Notes: generated by a model from the sequence alone, not told the origin. DNA of 63,603 bases, filler included, from Octopus bimaculoides (GCF_001194135.2; 5 parts of 4 records of this genome joined end to end with filler, not necessarily neighbours in it), one strand, 5' to 3'. Positions 50,847 through 63,603 are shown, counted from the whole stretch's first letter. Made by a program: numbers and translations.

Positions 50847-51859
50847 CATAGATAGAGAGATAGATAGATAAATAGATAGATAAATAGATAGATAGACTAG
50901 ATAGATAGATAGATATAAGAGAGGAAGGGAAAGAGAGAAAGAGATATCTGTAACAGAATGCAATGTGGTGTTCTGATGGTCTACTCAATGCAAGTCCACT
51001 TGGAACATTCGATGCTGAGTTCCAAATAGCTGCTATGGCGAAACGTATGTAAGAATTTATCTTTATTTTCCCTTAAATACATACTTACATGTACATGTAT
51101 ATGTGTTTGTGTACATGTGCGTTTATGAATGTATGAAAAGGTATAAATATATATATATATGCGTGTGTGTTTGTCCGTATACGCGTAGCATTGTTCGAGC
51201 GAATGTATGAAAAGGTATATATGTATATATATCTATATGGGTGTGTGTTTGTGTGTATACGCGTAGCATTGCTCGAGCGAAAATGATGAATGCTTACCCA
51301 GCAGAGTAGATAATATTCACATCAAGGAACTAAAGACAGCAAAATCTAAGCTCGACAAATGATAAAACATTTCTCTATTCTTCACCCACCTCTCAAAAGG
51401 AAAGACCTGGCTGCTGTAAACTAGACACGCAAGACTGCTTTTGATCCTTCCATGTATTTCTTAATGGAAACACGACAGTCATCAATCTGTGATGCCTCAT
51501 TTAGACTCTAACACCTGTGCAGGCTTTTAGGCAGCAGCACAGAAGCACCGGATGTCGAACTTACATATATCTCAAAGATGGCGTTTGCAATTTAGACGTT
51601 TTATTTTCTCTTAACAGTTATCATCTATCATATGACGTGCTCACAAGCAAATATCTGATGTATTTATCTATGTTTGGTTTTGTATTCTTGTTTAATTGTA
51701 TTGTTTCTAGAAACACTCAAGAAACGTGAGCTGATAGATTAAAACACATTTATCGAAACATACAGGTATGTATCGTATGGATGCAGATATATATATTTAT
51801 ATATGTCATACTGGGTTCAGCCAGAGGGTGAGACCATGCTGGCGCAACGCCTTTCACTC

Positions 51860-52025
51860 TGTTTTGGTTTCTTTTCTGCATTGTTTCTGGTGAGATTGTG
51901 AGTTGGATGGAGCTATTCTTTATGCCTTCTGCCTCGATGTGAGTTCATCTGGTATCTCAGATGAAAATTTGTCCCCGACGCTTTTTGAAAATCTCCACAT
52001 TGACTCTCGCAAATTCTGGCGCGAT
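51860..52025 (-). mobile_element. CR1-like LINE 3' fragment
   Basis: QLFSIAP...VEIFKK...SEIPDELTSRQKA...APSNS, across frameshifts. Confidence 0.55.
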
Positions 52026-52060
52026 GCTGAATAGTTGAATATATATATATATATAAGTGT

Positions 52061-52111
<51 letters not shown>

Positions 52112-52114
<3 letters not shown>

Positions 52115-53273
52115 ATATAATATATTATTTACATCAAGAAATCAATATTAGAAAATTCTTCAGAAACATATATACGTGTGTAAAATAATAGTTGTATTAA
52201 AAATATAGATATATATAAATATATGTAAATATGTATAATTATAAATATATAATAATAAATATGATAGTTTAAAAGTTTCGAATTAAGTTTTTAAAGCATG
52301 TTAAGATCATTTCGCGAAGGGTTGTCCCTATAATGGAGTCCTATATTGATAAGCATTTATAGACAACACTTCTGCTCTTCTGAAATATAAAATATAAATT
52401 TTTTATAATTTATAGAATGGTAGTTTTTTAAAAATATGAAGTAATATGGGAAAATGGTGTTTGTTTGAAATACAAATTAAAAATTAAAAATTAAAAAATT
52501 ACTGCTTTTGATTTTGGTAAGTACACTTTTGGTATTTCTGAGGAGCAGAAGAGTTATCTATAAATACTTATCAATATAGGATACCATTATTCTATATTAT
52601 CTAAGTCTATGAACTATATTTGGAATACAGGACAATATAATGGATTTTACACATAACTATTATGGATTATTACAGAAGACTTACCAAGGAAGCATATATG
52701 GATTTAAAGACTCTCATACTAAAGTGTACTTACCAAAATCAAAAGCAGTAATTTTTAAATTTTTAATTTTTAATTTCAAGCAAACACAATTTTCCCATAT
52801 TACTTCATATTGTAAAAAAACTACCATTCGATACATTATACAAATTTCATATTTTATATCTATATAAAATATGAAATTTGTATAATTTATCGAATGGTAG
52901 TTTATATCTATAAGTGTTGTCTATAAATGTTTATCAATATAGGATTCCATTATAGGGATAGCACTTCTGCGAAACGATCGTAAGATGCTTTAAAAACTTA
53001 ATTCGAAATTTTTAAACTATTACATTTATTATTATATATTTATACTTATACATATTTACATATATATTTATACTTATACATATTTACATATATATTTATA
53101 CATATTTATATTTTTGATACAACTATTATTTTACACACGTATATATCTTTCTGAAGAATTTTCTAATATTGGTTTCCTGATNNNNNNNNNNCTATTATTT
53201 TACACACGTATATATCTTTCTGAAGAATTTTCTAATATTGGTTTCCTGATGTTAATAATAATATATTATATAA
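52112..53273. mobile_element. AT-rich foldback-type element with ~420-bp inverted arms and nested palindromes
   Basis: 52112-52530 is the reverse complement of about 52720-53273; extra inverted copies at 52540-52590 and a hairpin at 52820-52900. Confidence 0.7.
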
Positions 53274-53434
53274 AATATATATAATCGCTCGTATTAAATG
53301 TATAAATACTTTAATAGTATTAATATTTTGATACAATAGAGCACTCAATATAAATTCAGTATATAACATTCTCATTGAATATATTTAACTAAAGATTTAT
53401 ATATATATATTTATACATACACACACACATATAT

Positions 53435-53508
<74 letters not shown>

Positions 53509-53668
53509 GCACACACACATAACACATATTTATATATCCTTTAATGTACACAGTATAAGATATGAGTCACTAATAGTTTCTTGCTTTGGAGGCACGGGTT
53601 CAGGTAAGTTTTTATAACAGGCCTTGTTCCTCTAAGCTATCTTCAAGTTCCGATGACATGGTCTATTT

Positions 53669-53995
53669 TACTGTTCTATAATTTAGAGATGAGGAATTCT
53701 GTATATTATTTGCATTATTTACATTGGAAAGATATGTCTCCTCATCTTGTTTGTTGTTACTACAACGTTTCGGTTGATTTACTCTCCAGCCTTCATCAGG
53801 TGTTCTGGTAGGATTTTGAACTCGACCCTGGGTTCTCATTCCTAAGGTATTTTTTGCTGATGCTATTATTATTGTTTATTCAAGGCACTGGTTAAGTGCG
53901 CCGGCTACTAACCTCAAGACTGCGAGTTCAATTTCCAGGCAGTGCCTTGAATAAACAACAACAACAATAACAACAGCAACAACAACAACAACAGC

Positions 53996-54028
<33 letters not shown>

Positions 54029-54187
54029 AATAATAATAATAATAACATCAGCAAAAAATACCTTAGGGTTGGGTTCAAAATTCCACCAGGACACCTGATA
54101 AAGGCTGGAGAGTAAATCAGCCGAAACGTTGTGGTAACAACAAACAAGATGAGGACGGATATCTGTCCCAATGTAAATGATGTAAAC
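53669..54187. mobile_element. Palindromic dimer (copy 4, more diverged)
   Basis: Inverted arms meeting near 53890; TSD GGTCTATTT at 53660-53668 and 54188-54196. Confidence 0.8.
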
Positions 54188-54786
54188 GGTCTATTTATTT
54201 GCAAATCAGGACGCTGGTAAAGAAGAAATCAAGAGAAAAAGCGAGAAAAATGTAGATGCAAAAAGTGAAATCTACCTTCTCGTCATTTCTCTTGTACCGA
54301 CGTCTTGAACAAGAAAGTATTAGGTGCTCATATTTAATAGGAACCTGGCAAACTTAACCACTTAAAAATAAATGATGATCAGGCTAAGTCAATTTTTGAT
54401 CCTTAATGGGGGTTTCCTCAAAGGCGCCTAGATCATTTGACCGAAACCACAGAAAGCAACCAGTCTTTTTATATATACAACAAATCTAGGAGCCGCAAAT
54501 TATTGGAGCAACTAATTTGCATACCATAAATGTTTTAGACTTTCTTTAATATCAATCTCTAATTTTGGCACAAGGCCAGCAATTTTTGGGGAGGAGGTAA
54601 GTCAGTTACATCGACCCCAGTGCTCGATTGGTATTTATTTTACCAACCCCGGAAAATAAAGTAGACCTCAGCGGTATTTGAACTTAGAACATAAAGATGG
54701 TTGAAATACCGCTAAGCATTTTTTCCGGCGCGATAACGATTCTATGAGCTTGCCGACTCAGATTTTATTTAATATAATCTGCCTTT

Positions 54787-55010
54787 AAGGCGGTGAGCTG
54801 GCAGAACCGTTAGCGCGCCGAGCGAAATGCTTATCGGTATTTCGTCTGCCGTTACGTTCTGAGTTCAAATTCCGCCGAGGTCGACTTTGCCTTTCATCCT
54901 TTCGGGGTCGATAAATTAAGTACCAGTTACGCACTGGGTCGATGTGATCCACTTAATCCCTTTGTCTGTCCTTGTTTGTCCCCTCTATGTTTAGCCCCTT
55001 GTGGGCAATA
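54787..55010 (+). mobile_element. tRNA-derived SINE family 2; about 20 other copies, e.g. 2495-2700, 6062-6270, 17165-17360, 36603-36790, 36810-36985 (+); 11680-11850, 16535-16740, 16830-16985, 27000-27210, 36330-36530, 54560-54760, 61265-61620 (-)
   Basis: GGCGGTGAGCTGGCAGAA...GAGTTCAAATTCC...GCCTTTCATCCTTTCGGGGTCGATAAA..AGTACCAG recurring through the window. Confidence 0.85.
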
Positions 55011-56933
55011 AAGAAATAAGAAACGTTAGCACGCCGGGCGAAATGCTTTGTGGTATTTCGTCTGTCTTTACGTTCTGAGTTCAAATTCCGCCGATGTTGA
55101 CTTTNNNNNNNNNNNNNNNNNNNNNNNNNNNNNNNNNNNNNNNNNNNNNNNNNNNNNNNNNNNNNNNNNNNNNNNNNNNNNNNNNNNNNNNNNNNNNNNN
55201 NNNNNNNNNNNNNNNNNNNNNNNNNNNNNNNNNNNNNNNNNNNNNNNNNNNNNNNNNNNNNNNNNNNNNNNNNNNNNNNNNNNNNNNNNNNNNNNNNNNN
55301 NNNNNNNNNNNNNNNNNNNNNNNNNNNNNNNNNNNNNNNNNNNNNNNNNNNNNNNNNNNNNNNNNNNNNNNNNNNNNNNNNNNNNNNNNNNNNNNNNNNN
55401 NNNNNNNNNNNNNNNNNNNNNNNNNNNNNNNNNNNNNNNNNNNNNNNNNNNNNNNNNNNNNNNNNNNNNNNNNNNNNNNNNNNNNNNNNNNNNNNNNNNN
55501 NNNNNNNNNNNNNNNNNNNNNNNNNNNNNNNNNNNNNNNNNNNNNNNNNNNNNNNNNNNNNNNNNNNNNNNNNNNNNNNNNNNNNNNNNNNNNNNNNNNN
55601 NNNNNNNNNNNNNNNNNNNNNNNNNNNNNNNNNNNNNNNNNNNNNNNNNNNNNNNNNNNNNNNNNNNNNNNNNNNNNNNNNNNNNNNNNNNNNNNNNNNN
55701 NNNNNNNNNNNNNNNNNNNNNNNNNNNNNNNNNNNNNNNNNNNNNNNNNNNNNNNNNNNNNNNNNNNNNNNNNNNNNNNNNNNNNNNNNNNNNNNNNNNN
55801 NNNNNNNNNNNNNNNNNNNNNNNNNNNNNNNNNNNNNNNNNNNNNNNNNNNNNNNNNNNNNNNNNNNNNNNNNNNNNNNNNNNNNNNNNNNNNNNNNNNN
55901 NNATAATATTCATTGTTTACCTTGTTGCCCTTTTTGTTTTTCTCTCACCCCTCATCCCCCACCACAACCAGCACCAGCAGCAGCAGCACCAGCAGTCCCA
56001 GCGCCACCACTAGCACCACAAACACCACCACCACCACCACCACCGCCATCATCACCCCCCCATCGCCACCGCCGCCACCACCACGTGAAATATATTAGAG
56101 GTCAAAGCATTATCATTGAAATAATAATAATTGCATACACAGTTGCAATTAGTTTGGTTGCATGAAGTGCGTATGCGTGTTCATGCCGTGCACGCAGGCG
56201 CGCCTGTGTGTCATGTGTATGTGTGTGTGTGTGTGTGTGCATGTGCATATGTGTGTGTGTGGTGTATTTGGTGGGGTATGTTAACGCCTGTATTGAAGAA
56301 TAGTCTCATGTAAATTGGTTGGAATATTGGCGAATCTAACGAGCAGGTGTTCCAATTACGAAACACTTACTTCAGGCGGTTTCTGGATTATATTTTCTTC
56401 TCTTGCCTCTGTCACTGTTAAAGGCAAATAACAACATAATTATTGTTGTTGTTATCCTTATTAGTTGTAGTATTGCTATTAGTAGACTGACTTGATGTTT
56501 TTTGTTATTTTATTTACTTGTTAATTTTTTTAATTGCTTCAGTCATTAGACTGCGGCCATGCTGGGGCACCGCTTGGAAGAATTTTTAGTCGAGCAAATC
56601 GACTCTGGTACTTTCTTTTGTTTTTTTTTAATCCTGTTTTTTATTCTATCGGTTTCTTTTGCCGGACCGATATGTTACAGGTACGTAAACACAGCAACAC
56701 CAGGTGGCGAGCGATGGAGGGGGAGAAACACAGCTACAAAAATAAACGCACACACACGCATGTTTATGTATACGATAGGCTTCTTTCAGTTTCCGCCAAC
56801 CAAATCCATTCACAAGGCTCTGGTCAGACCGCGGCTATAGTAGAATGCACTTGCTCAAGTTACCACGCAGTGGGACTGAACCCAGAACCATGTGGTTGGG
56901 AAGCAAACATATTACCACACAGCCACGCCTGCA

Positions 56934-56966
<33 letters not shown>

Positions 56967-58400
56967 NNNNNNNNNNNNNNNNNNNNNNNNNNNNNNNNNN
57001 NNNNNNNNNNTTAATTAATTAANNNNNNNNNNNNNNNNNNNNNNNNNNNNNNNNNNNNNNNNNNNNGAACTTGAAAGGGACGAAGGTTCGCGTGTTTGCT
57101 CGGCGATAGCTAAGGAAGAAAAGGATTATTGACCAGAAGCATGTGACCATGCCGGTGTAAGGGGAAGAGAGAGAGTGGTAAAGGGAGAAACAAAGGGAGG
57201 AAGTAGAAGAATAGGTGAGCAACGAGAGGAAAAGAGAAAGAGAGGAAGTACGAGGGGGAAAAAAAGAGATACGTAGTAGTAACAGAGGAAGAACGAGAGG
57301 GGTAAAGCGAGATACGTAGTAGTAAAGAGGAAGAACGAGAGGGGGAAAAAGATAGAGGAAGAGAAAGAGAAAGAGATAGAGTAGCGTCGGAAGATATAAG
57401 TTTACGAAAACTATATATATATTATATATAATGCACATACACTTGCCGATTAAAAGTACGTGACCTTTTGAAAACAGTAGGCAATGAAAACGAGTAAAAA
57501 ATATCTGTCATCTGATCAACTGACAGAAAAAGAAACAAAATGCAACTAGCCGCACATACACACACACATACACGCACACACATACATACATGCATACACG
57601 CATACATACACATGCACACACATATATGCACACACATACACACACGCATACATACATACACACATACACATGTACATATTGCTACGAGATCGGGTCTGTA
57701 CTTTTGAAAATCATGACATTTTAGTCTTAATTGAATCGCAGTGTTGATGTAATGCATATGGTGTTTCTGCTTTTTTATATTTTAATAGCATGTTCATATG
57801 TTCATTTATTTCATGGTTTACATCTAGTTCATACTATATATATATATATNNNNNNNNNNNNNNNNNNNNNNNNNNNNNNNNNNNNNNNNNNNNNNNNNNN
57901 NNNNNNNNNNNNNNNNNNNNNNNNNNNNNNNNNNNNNNNNNNNNNNNNNNNNNNNNNNNNNNNNNNNNNNNNNNNNNNNNNNNNNNNNNNNNNNNNNNNN
58001 NNNNNNNNNNNNNNNNNNNNNNNNNNNNNNNNNNNNNNNNNNNNNNNNNNNNNNNNNNNNNNNNNNNNNNNNNNNNNNNNNNNNNNNNNNNNNNNNNNNN
58101 NNNNNNNNNNNNNNNNNNNNNNNNNNNNNNNNNNNNNNNNNNNNNNNNNNNNNNNNNNNNNNNNNNNNNNNNNNNNNNNNNNNNNNNNNNNNNNNNNNNN
58201 NNNNNNNNNNNNNNNNNNNNNNNNNNNNNNNNNNNNNNNNNNNNNNNNNNNNNNNNNNNNNNNNNNNNNNNNNNNNNNNNNNNNNNNNNNNNNNNNNNNN
58301 NNNNNNNNNNNNNNNNNNNNNNNNNNNNNNNNNNNNNNNNNNNNNNNNNNNNNNNNNNNNNNNNNNNNNNNNNNNNNNNNNNNNNNNNNNNNNNNNNNNN

Positions 58401-58466
<66 letters not shown>

Positions 58467-58722
58467 GCATATGCATTGACATATACACCATATATATAGT
58501 ATATGGTCTAATCACATTCAGAATACAAGAATGTTCTCAATTTTAAAAGACACCTGAGTACGTTTTAGGCTTCTTGTACTCTTCGGCACAAGTTAGTACA
58601 ATGTTTCTATTAACAGTCACTTGAATCTAGGAAAGAATTGCACTTGAACAAGTATTATGAGGAAAAATTCGGTCTTTGTGTTGCTATTGTATTGTATATA
58701 TTATTGTTACATCTATGCATAG

Positions 58723-58846
58723 TTGCTAAAGCCAATTGAATCAGATGAACAGTGGTTTAAAGTAGATTATATAATGAGAGCTATTAAGCAAAGCAGACCG
58801 CAACGGGATTTAAAACCTGAAATGGAACCTCATCAAATTCGATTGA
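58723..58846 (+). CDS. Candidate coding exon possibly spliced to 61949 (LLKPIESDEQWFKVDYIMRAIKQSRPQRDLKPEMEPHQIRL)
   Basis: AG acceptor at 58721-22, open frame, GT(ATTT) donor at 58847 giving phase 1, compatible with the 61949 exon. Confidence 0.35.
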
Positions 58847-59495
58847 GTATTTCATCTCGATCGGTTCGCTATCTTCCTAAACTGAGACATTTTAGCATTA
58901 ATTGAATCTAAGTGTTAATATAATGTACATAGTGTTCAGTTTTACGAGATTTTAATAGCATGTCCATTTATACTATGGCCTGCATTTAGTTCATGCAAGA
59001 AGACACTTTATGCATGTTTTTTTTTTTTGCTGGGTTTCGTGTCCGTTGCATTTAGGTAAATTTGTATCTGTATTGTCATATGATTTACATTACTAAATTA
59101 TTTAAATATTGATTGGGCGCTAGTATACTGAAAGTAATTTTCCAGTTAGTTATGATATTTACTATCCAACCTGTTAAGCTGAAGCTAGTTAAATAGTGTT
59201 TTGCCTGCAGACAAATCAAAATGCTTTCAGTAGTGATTACATCACCTGATCGTGAGTTGATAGACTAATACCTTAACTATTCATTCATTTTTACATGTAC
59301 ACACACACACACACACACTCACTCACACAAACATACGCACGCACACATGTATGTATATATATAGATATGTAAATATCTATATATATATGTATAATGTATA
59401 TATATGTGTGTATATATATTTATTTATTTATTTATGTGTTTCAGCCAAGTGGCTGCGGTCATGCTGGTGCACCACCCTGAAAACGAAATTATGTA

Positions 59496-59526
<31 letters not shown>

Positions 59527-59551
59527 TAATTTTTAAATTTTTTTATTCATG

Positions 59552-59626
<75 letters not shown>

Positions 59627-61618
59627 GAATAAAAAAATAATTCATTGGTACAAAGTTTTAAGCATGCAAGGTTAGGGAAAAGGAATGCATTATATTTACG
59701 TATTTCTCCAGGATATTAAATAGGAAAATGAAATTAATGCATTTCAACAGTAAATTAATTTAAACTCAGCGACATTTGCCAAGAAATGATTGAAATATTG
59801 TTTACGACTAGCCCACAGGCACTTTATTTCAACGCTAGAAAAATTGCGATATTCAGTCTTCAAATGTAAATAAATGAATAAGTTTTCTCTGAGGATTGAA
59901 TCATCAGGCCGATTGCAACTGGTTGGATCTTACCGCATGCTCTAATAATGATCTAGATAATAATTCCGTTTCCTCGGTCGTAGGTTCAATTTCCGTAGAG
60001 TAGGTGAGTAGTCAGCACGAATCCGTTACTAATAGTGATTCTATTGTCCGTGTAAAGATAAAAGCAAGAGTCGAACCTACTTCATATGATATGAATTTGA
60101 AAATGTGATGGTCAACACAAAGTAACTCTTTTCCCTAAAGAATGTAATTTATAACTGTGATACTAGAGAACGGGTCTTGTAGAGAAGCTTGTAGTCCACT
60201 TAATAAACTGTAATATTTAACCCGAATTAATTATTTATTGGTCCAAAAAACATGCCGAATCCATTACGAAAGGAACATAAAAAAGGAATACAACTATACG
60301 ATACGGTACTCTACTGTTTCTGCTTCCTTACTGTTGTACACCAGCCGCTAAAGGATAAATAAGGGAATATATACACCGTTTTGTAAGGAACTAAAACAAA
60401 GATTGTAATGAATAGAAACATGCATCAAACTTTATTAATGATATATCAACCTTATGCTTGAGACTGTCATAAACAATAAAGCAGAAAAAATCATTGTAAA
60501 TATTGCAGTTGATATTTATTGCTCGTTTAGTAAAATACTTTGTACAGATGTATAAATAAACCAGTTGACACATTTGTCTCTTAATTGTATTCACGGTGTG
60601 TGAATTTCTTCAGCCTTGCTGAATGATGTGATTTGTTTTTGACATTATTATCTTTTCGTTATAGGAAACTATCCATCTATTAATCCAATATTTAAGAAAA
60701 GCAAAATTTTAAAACCAGTAACGGTTTTGGTTAAATGATAGATTTGTTTCATCGCTTTTCCCCTCAAAATATTTATCAAAACATTTTATTGTATGCAGTT
60801 GACAGGACTTGCTTATTGCAAAAGCTCATTATTCTTCATTATTTATCCACTTCACATTCAATAGATTCATTCTTATATTTCTTTCATTTTTCTTCAACTT
60901 TTCAGCTGAAATGTGTTTTCTTTGTACCGCAATAACAATATACTATTTACGAAATGTAAACCTGCGAAATCAATTCCAATTTTGAAGATTATTTTTTTTT
61001 TTGTTTCTTTTTTAAGTATTTGAAAAGCATTTCAATAATTCTTTTACTTCTGAACGGCAAAGAATATTTCACAAAAGGAATGAGCAAATCCATTGCCATT
61101 TATTCTATTTATTCTATTGCTATCTATAATACATGTGTGTAACCACTTTCTATATTCCTTCCATTTTGTAAATATGAAAATATTGGTTTTCATTTGCTAA
61201 GCACAAAGCACTATTTACTAAAGCAGAGGAAATATAGTCCAATGATGATAATAATAATAATAATTCTTTCTACTCTAAGCACAAAGCTTGAAATTTTGAG
61301 GGAGTGGCCAAGTCAATTAAATCGAGCCCAGTAACCAACTAGTACTTATTTTATCAACCTCGAAATGATAAACGGTTAAGTCGACCTGGAAATATTTGAA
61401 CGCAGAATATGAAGTCTGAAGAAATGCTGTTAATCAATTTATCAGGTGTGGTAACGAATCTGCCAGCTTGCTGCCTTGACTGGTATTTGTTTTATCGATG
61501 AAAGCCATGGATGAAAGACAAAGTCAACTTCCGCTGAATTTGAACTCAGAACGTAAGACAGACGGAATGCCGCTAAGCATTTTCCCCGGCGTGCTAACGA
61601 CTCTGCCCGCCCACCACC

Positions 61619-61676
<58 letters not shown>

Positions 61677-61948
61677 NNNNNNNNNNNNNNNNNNNNNNNN
61701 NNNNNNNNNNNNNNNNNNNNTTAATTAATTAANNNNNNNNNNNNNNNNNNNNNNNNNNNNNNNNNNNNNNNNNNNNCAGCAGACATTATTTTACAGACGA
61801 TTACATAAGCACTTTCAATATCAGATTTTCAGAAGTAAATAGTAGTCTAATCCATTGTAATTGACCTCTCTCAATTAGTAGTCAGAGCTATACATTGTAC
61901 AAGACTTTATTTGCATATTTCATTGAATTTTTTCTTTTTATTTACTAG

Positions 61949-62221
61949 TGAAACTTCGAAACGATAAAAATAATATGGATGCCACAGGCATGTTCAAAAA
62001 TGGCCAAGGGGAATACACGGTCAATTTGAATATATTGAAGGATGTAAAAAACTCTGCCTATCACTATAAACCAAAACTGAAGATGACAGCATTGAAAAAG
62101 GTCGTCATGGACCTCGATTCGGAAATAGTCGTTTCTCAACAGGGAAAACTATCGCTGATTCTTAAACTGCATAAAATGAGAATGAATCCATTTGTCATAA
62201 GTAAACCTGTCATTTTGAATG
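61949..62221 (+). CDS. Candidate symmetric phase-1 coding exon of an unidentified gene (beta-strand-rich; weakly reminiscent of apolipophorin/large lipid-transfer proteins)
   Basis: 273 nt open frame (KLRNDKNNMDATG...SKPVILN) in AT-rich DNA, bounded by tttttctttttatttactag| and AATG|gtaagc. Product identity is only a guess. Confidence 0.6.
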
Positions 62222-62263
62222 GTAAGCAAAACATTTCAACATTTTAATGCAAATTTCAATGGT

Positions 62264-62303
<40 letters not shown>

Positions 62304-63058
62304 NNNNNNNNNNNNNNNNNNNNNNNNNNNNNNNNNNNNNNNNNNNNNNNNNNNNNNNNNNNNNNNNNNNNNNNNNNNNNNNNNNNNNNNNNNNNNNNNN
62401 NNNNNNNNNNNNNNNNNNNNNNNNNNNNNNNNNNNNNNNNNNNNNNNNNNNNNNNNNNNNNNNNNNNNNNNNNNNNNNNNNNNNNNNNNNNNNNNNNNNN
62501 NNNNNNNNNNNNNNNNNNNNNNNNNNNNNNNNNNNNNNNNNNNNNNNNNNNNNNNNNNNNNNNNNNNNNNNNNNNNNNNNNNNNNNNNNNNNNNNNNNNN
62601 NNNNNNNNNNNNNNNNNNNNNNNNNNNNNNNNNNNNNNNNNNNNNNNNNNNNNNNNNNNNNNNNNNNNNNNNNNNNNNNNNNNNNNNNNNNNNNNNNNNN
62701 NNNNNNNNNNNNNNNNNNNNNNNNNNNNNNNNNNNNNNNNNNNNNNNNNNNNNNNNNNNNNNNNNNNNNNNNNNNNNNNATATATAGTTACAAACGGAAG
62801 AAAAGAAATCCTTCAAAGGGGTTCGTTAAACATCTAGTTCACTAGTACGTCAGTTGGATACCATATATATATTGGTATAATTCAATTATAATGATAAATT
62901 AAATATAGAGATATACTATTCACAATCCAGTAATTTATTTATATCACAAAAACTACATTAAATACTTAAATACTATGAATATAATATAACATGATATTAT
63001 ATAACATAAATAATTTTTAATGATTATCTATGTTATATAATATTATGTTATGTTATAT

Positions 63059-63603
63059 TCATAATATTTCTTGTTTGTATTTGTCAGCTTCCTTAAATAC
63101 TGAAAACAGTTTTTTGTTTTGCTCGTGTTTTGTGGCTATTTGTATTAGTTTTCCTTGCTTCTGAAGTAGGTATTTTTGCAGTCCTATGGTGGTTATTTTA
63201 TAATAGTTTTCCAGCTGTATAAGACCCCTACCACCTACTGTACGTTGTATATATAGCCTTTCTATGTCAGATTTTGGGTGGTGCATCCTAGATCCTGTTA
63301 GTATTTTTCTTGCTTTCCTGTCTATTTTAGATAGTTCGTTTAGTGTCCAGTTACGGATATTGTAGCTGTAACTTATAACTGGGACGGCTAAACTGTTAAT
63401 ACCTATTATCTTGTTTTTAGTATTGAGCTCTGTTTTTAGTATTGATCTAACTTGTCTATAGTACTCTTTCTTTATTTTTTCTTTCATTTGTGTGTGTTGT
63501 ATCCTATCTAGTTCATTGATTCCTAAATATTTGTATGGCTGGCATCCGTCTAATTCTCTTATTTCATTGGCTTTATCTAGTGTGATGCTGCTACTCTTAA
63601 CTA
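63059..63603 (-). mobile_element. R4/Dong-like retrotransposon fragment (post-RT thumb region), runs off the window end
   Basis: 142-aa open frame KKEYYRQVRSILKTELNTKNKIIGINSLAVPVISYS...MHHPKSDIERLY...GGRGL, preceded by YKYLG. Confidence 0.85.

Noticed and set aside
9982-53250. Direct duplications flanking short N gaps (9982-10041/10052-10110; 43775-43869/43967-44070; 53125-53181/53192-53250)
   Set aside because: Pattern of unmerged contig overlaps, so likely artefacts.
59894-60003. Exon between the two plus-strand candidates (strong |GTGAGT donor)
   Set aside because: Stop codons in all three frames before the donor; weak acceptor.
13931-61732. TTAATTAATTAA motif repeated four times
   Set aside because: Always centred in 100-nt N blocks: an assembly spacer, not biology.
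18295-62845. Long ORFs in the track that are mostly X, or HT/CV/YI/poly-L/poly-N runs
   Set aside because: They are translations of N-gaps and microsatellites, not genes.

Overview
AT-rich, microsatellite- and N-gap-ridden animal genomic DNA. The SINE families, TTAGGG-type telomere hexamers and repeat landscape suggest a cephalopod (Octopus-like) draft assembly; this is inference. One host gene is clearly recognisable: the last four coding exons of CFAP298 (C21orf59/Kurly) on the minus strand at 8761-13886, with its 5' part lost at an assembly join. A displaced copy of part of one of its exons sits in a downstream intron. Two plus-strand segments near 58.7 and 62 kb look like exons of a second, unidentified gene. 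Almost everything else is transposon debris: tRNA-derived SINEs, R4/Dong-like and other REL retrotransposons, RTE, Tx1, CR1 and Gypsy fragments, Tc1 (DD36E-like), mariner and maT (DD37D) remnants, a Helitron, MITEs and a foldback element. The most striking object is a ~290-bp non-autonomous element with a tRNA-like Pol III head, an (AAT)n linker and a Penelope-type minimal hammerhead-ribozyme motif. It occurs four times, always as a head-to-head inverted dimer bounded by 9-12 bp target-site duplications and with a different junction each time. Most ORFs in the supplied track are microsatellite or N-gap artefacts. Protein and family assignments are from recalled motifs, not database searches.
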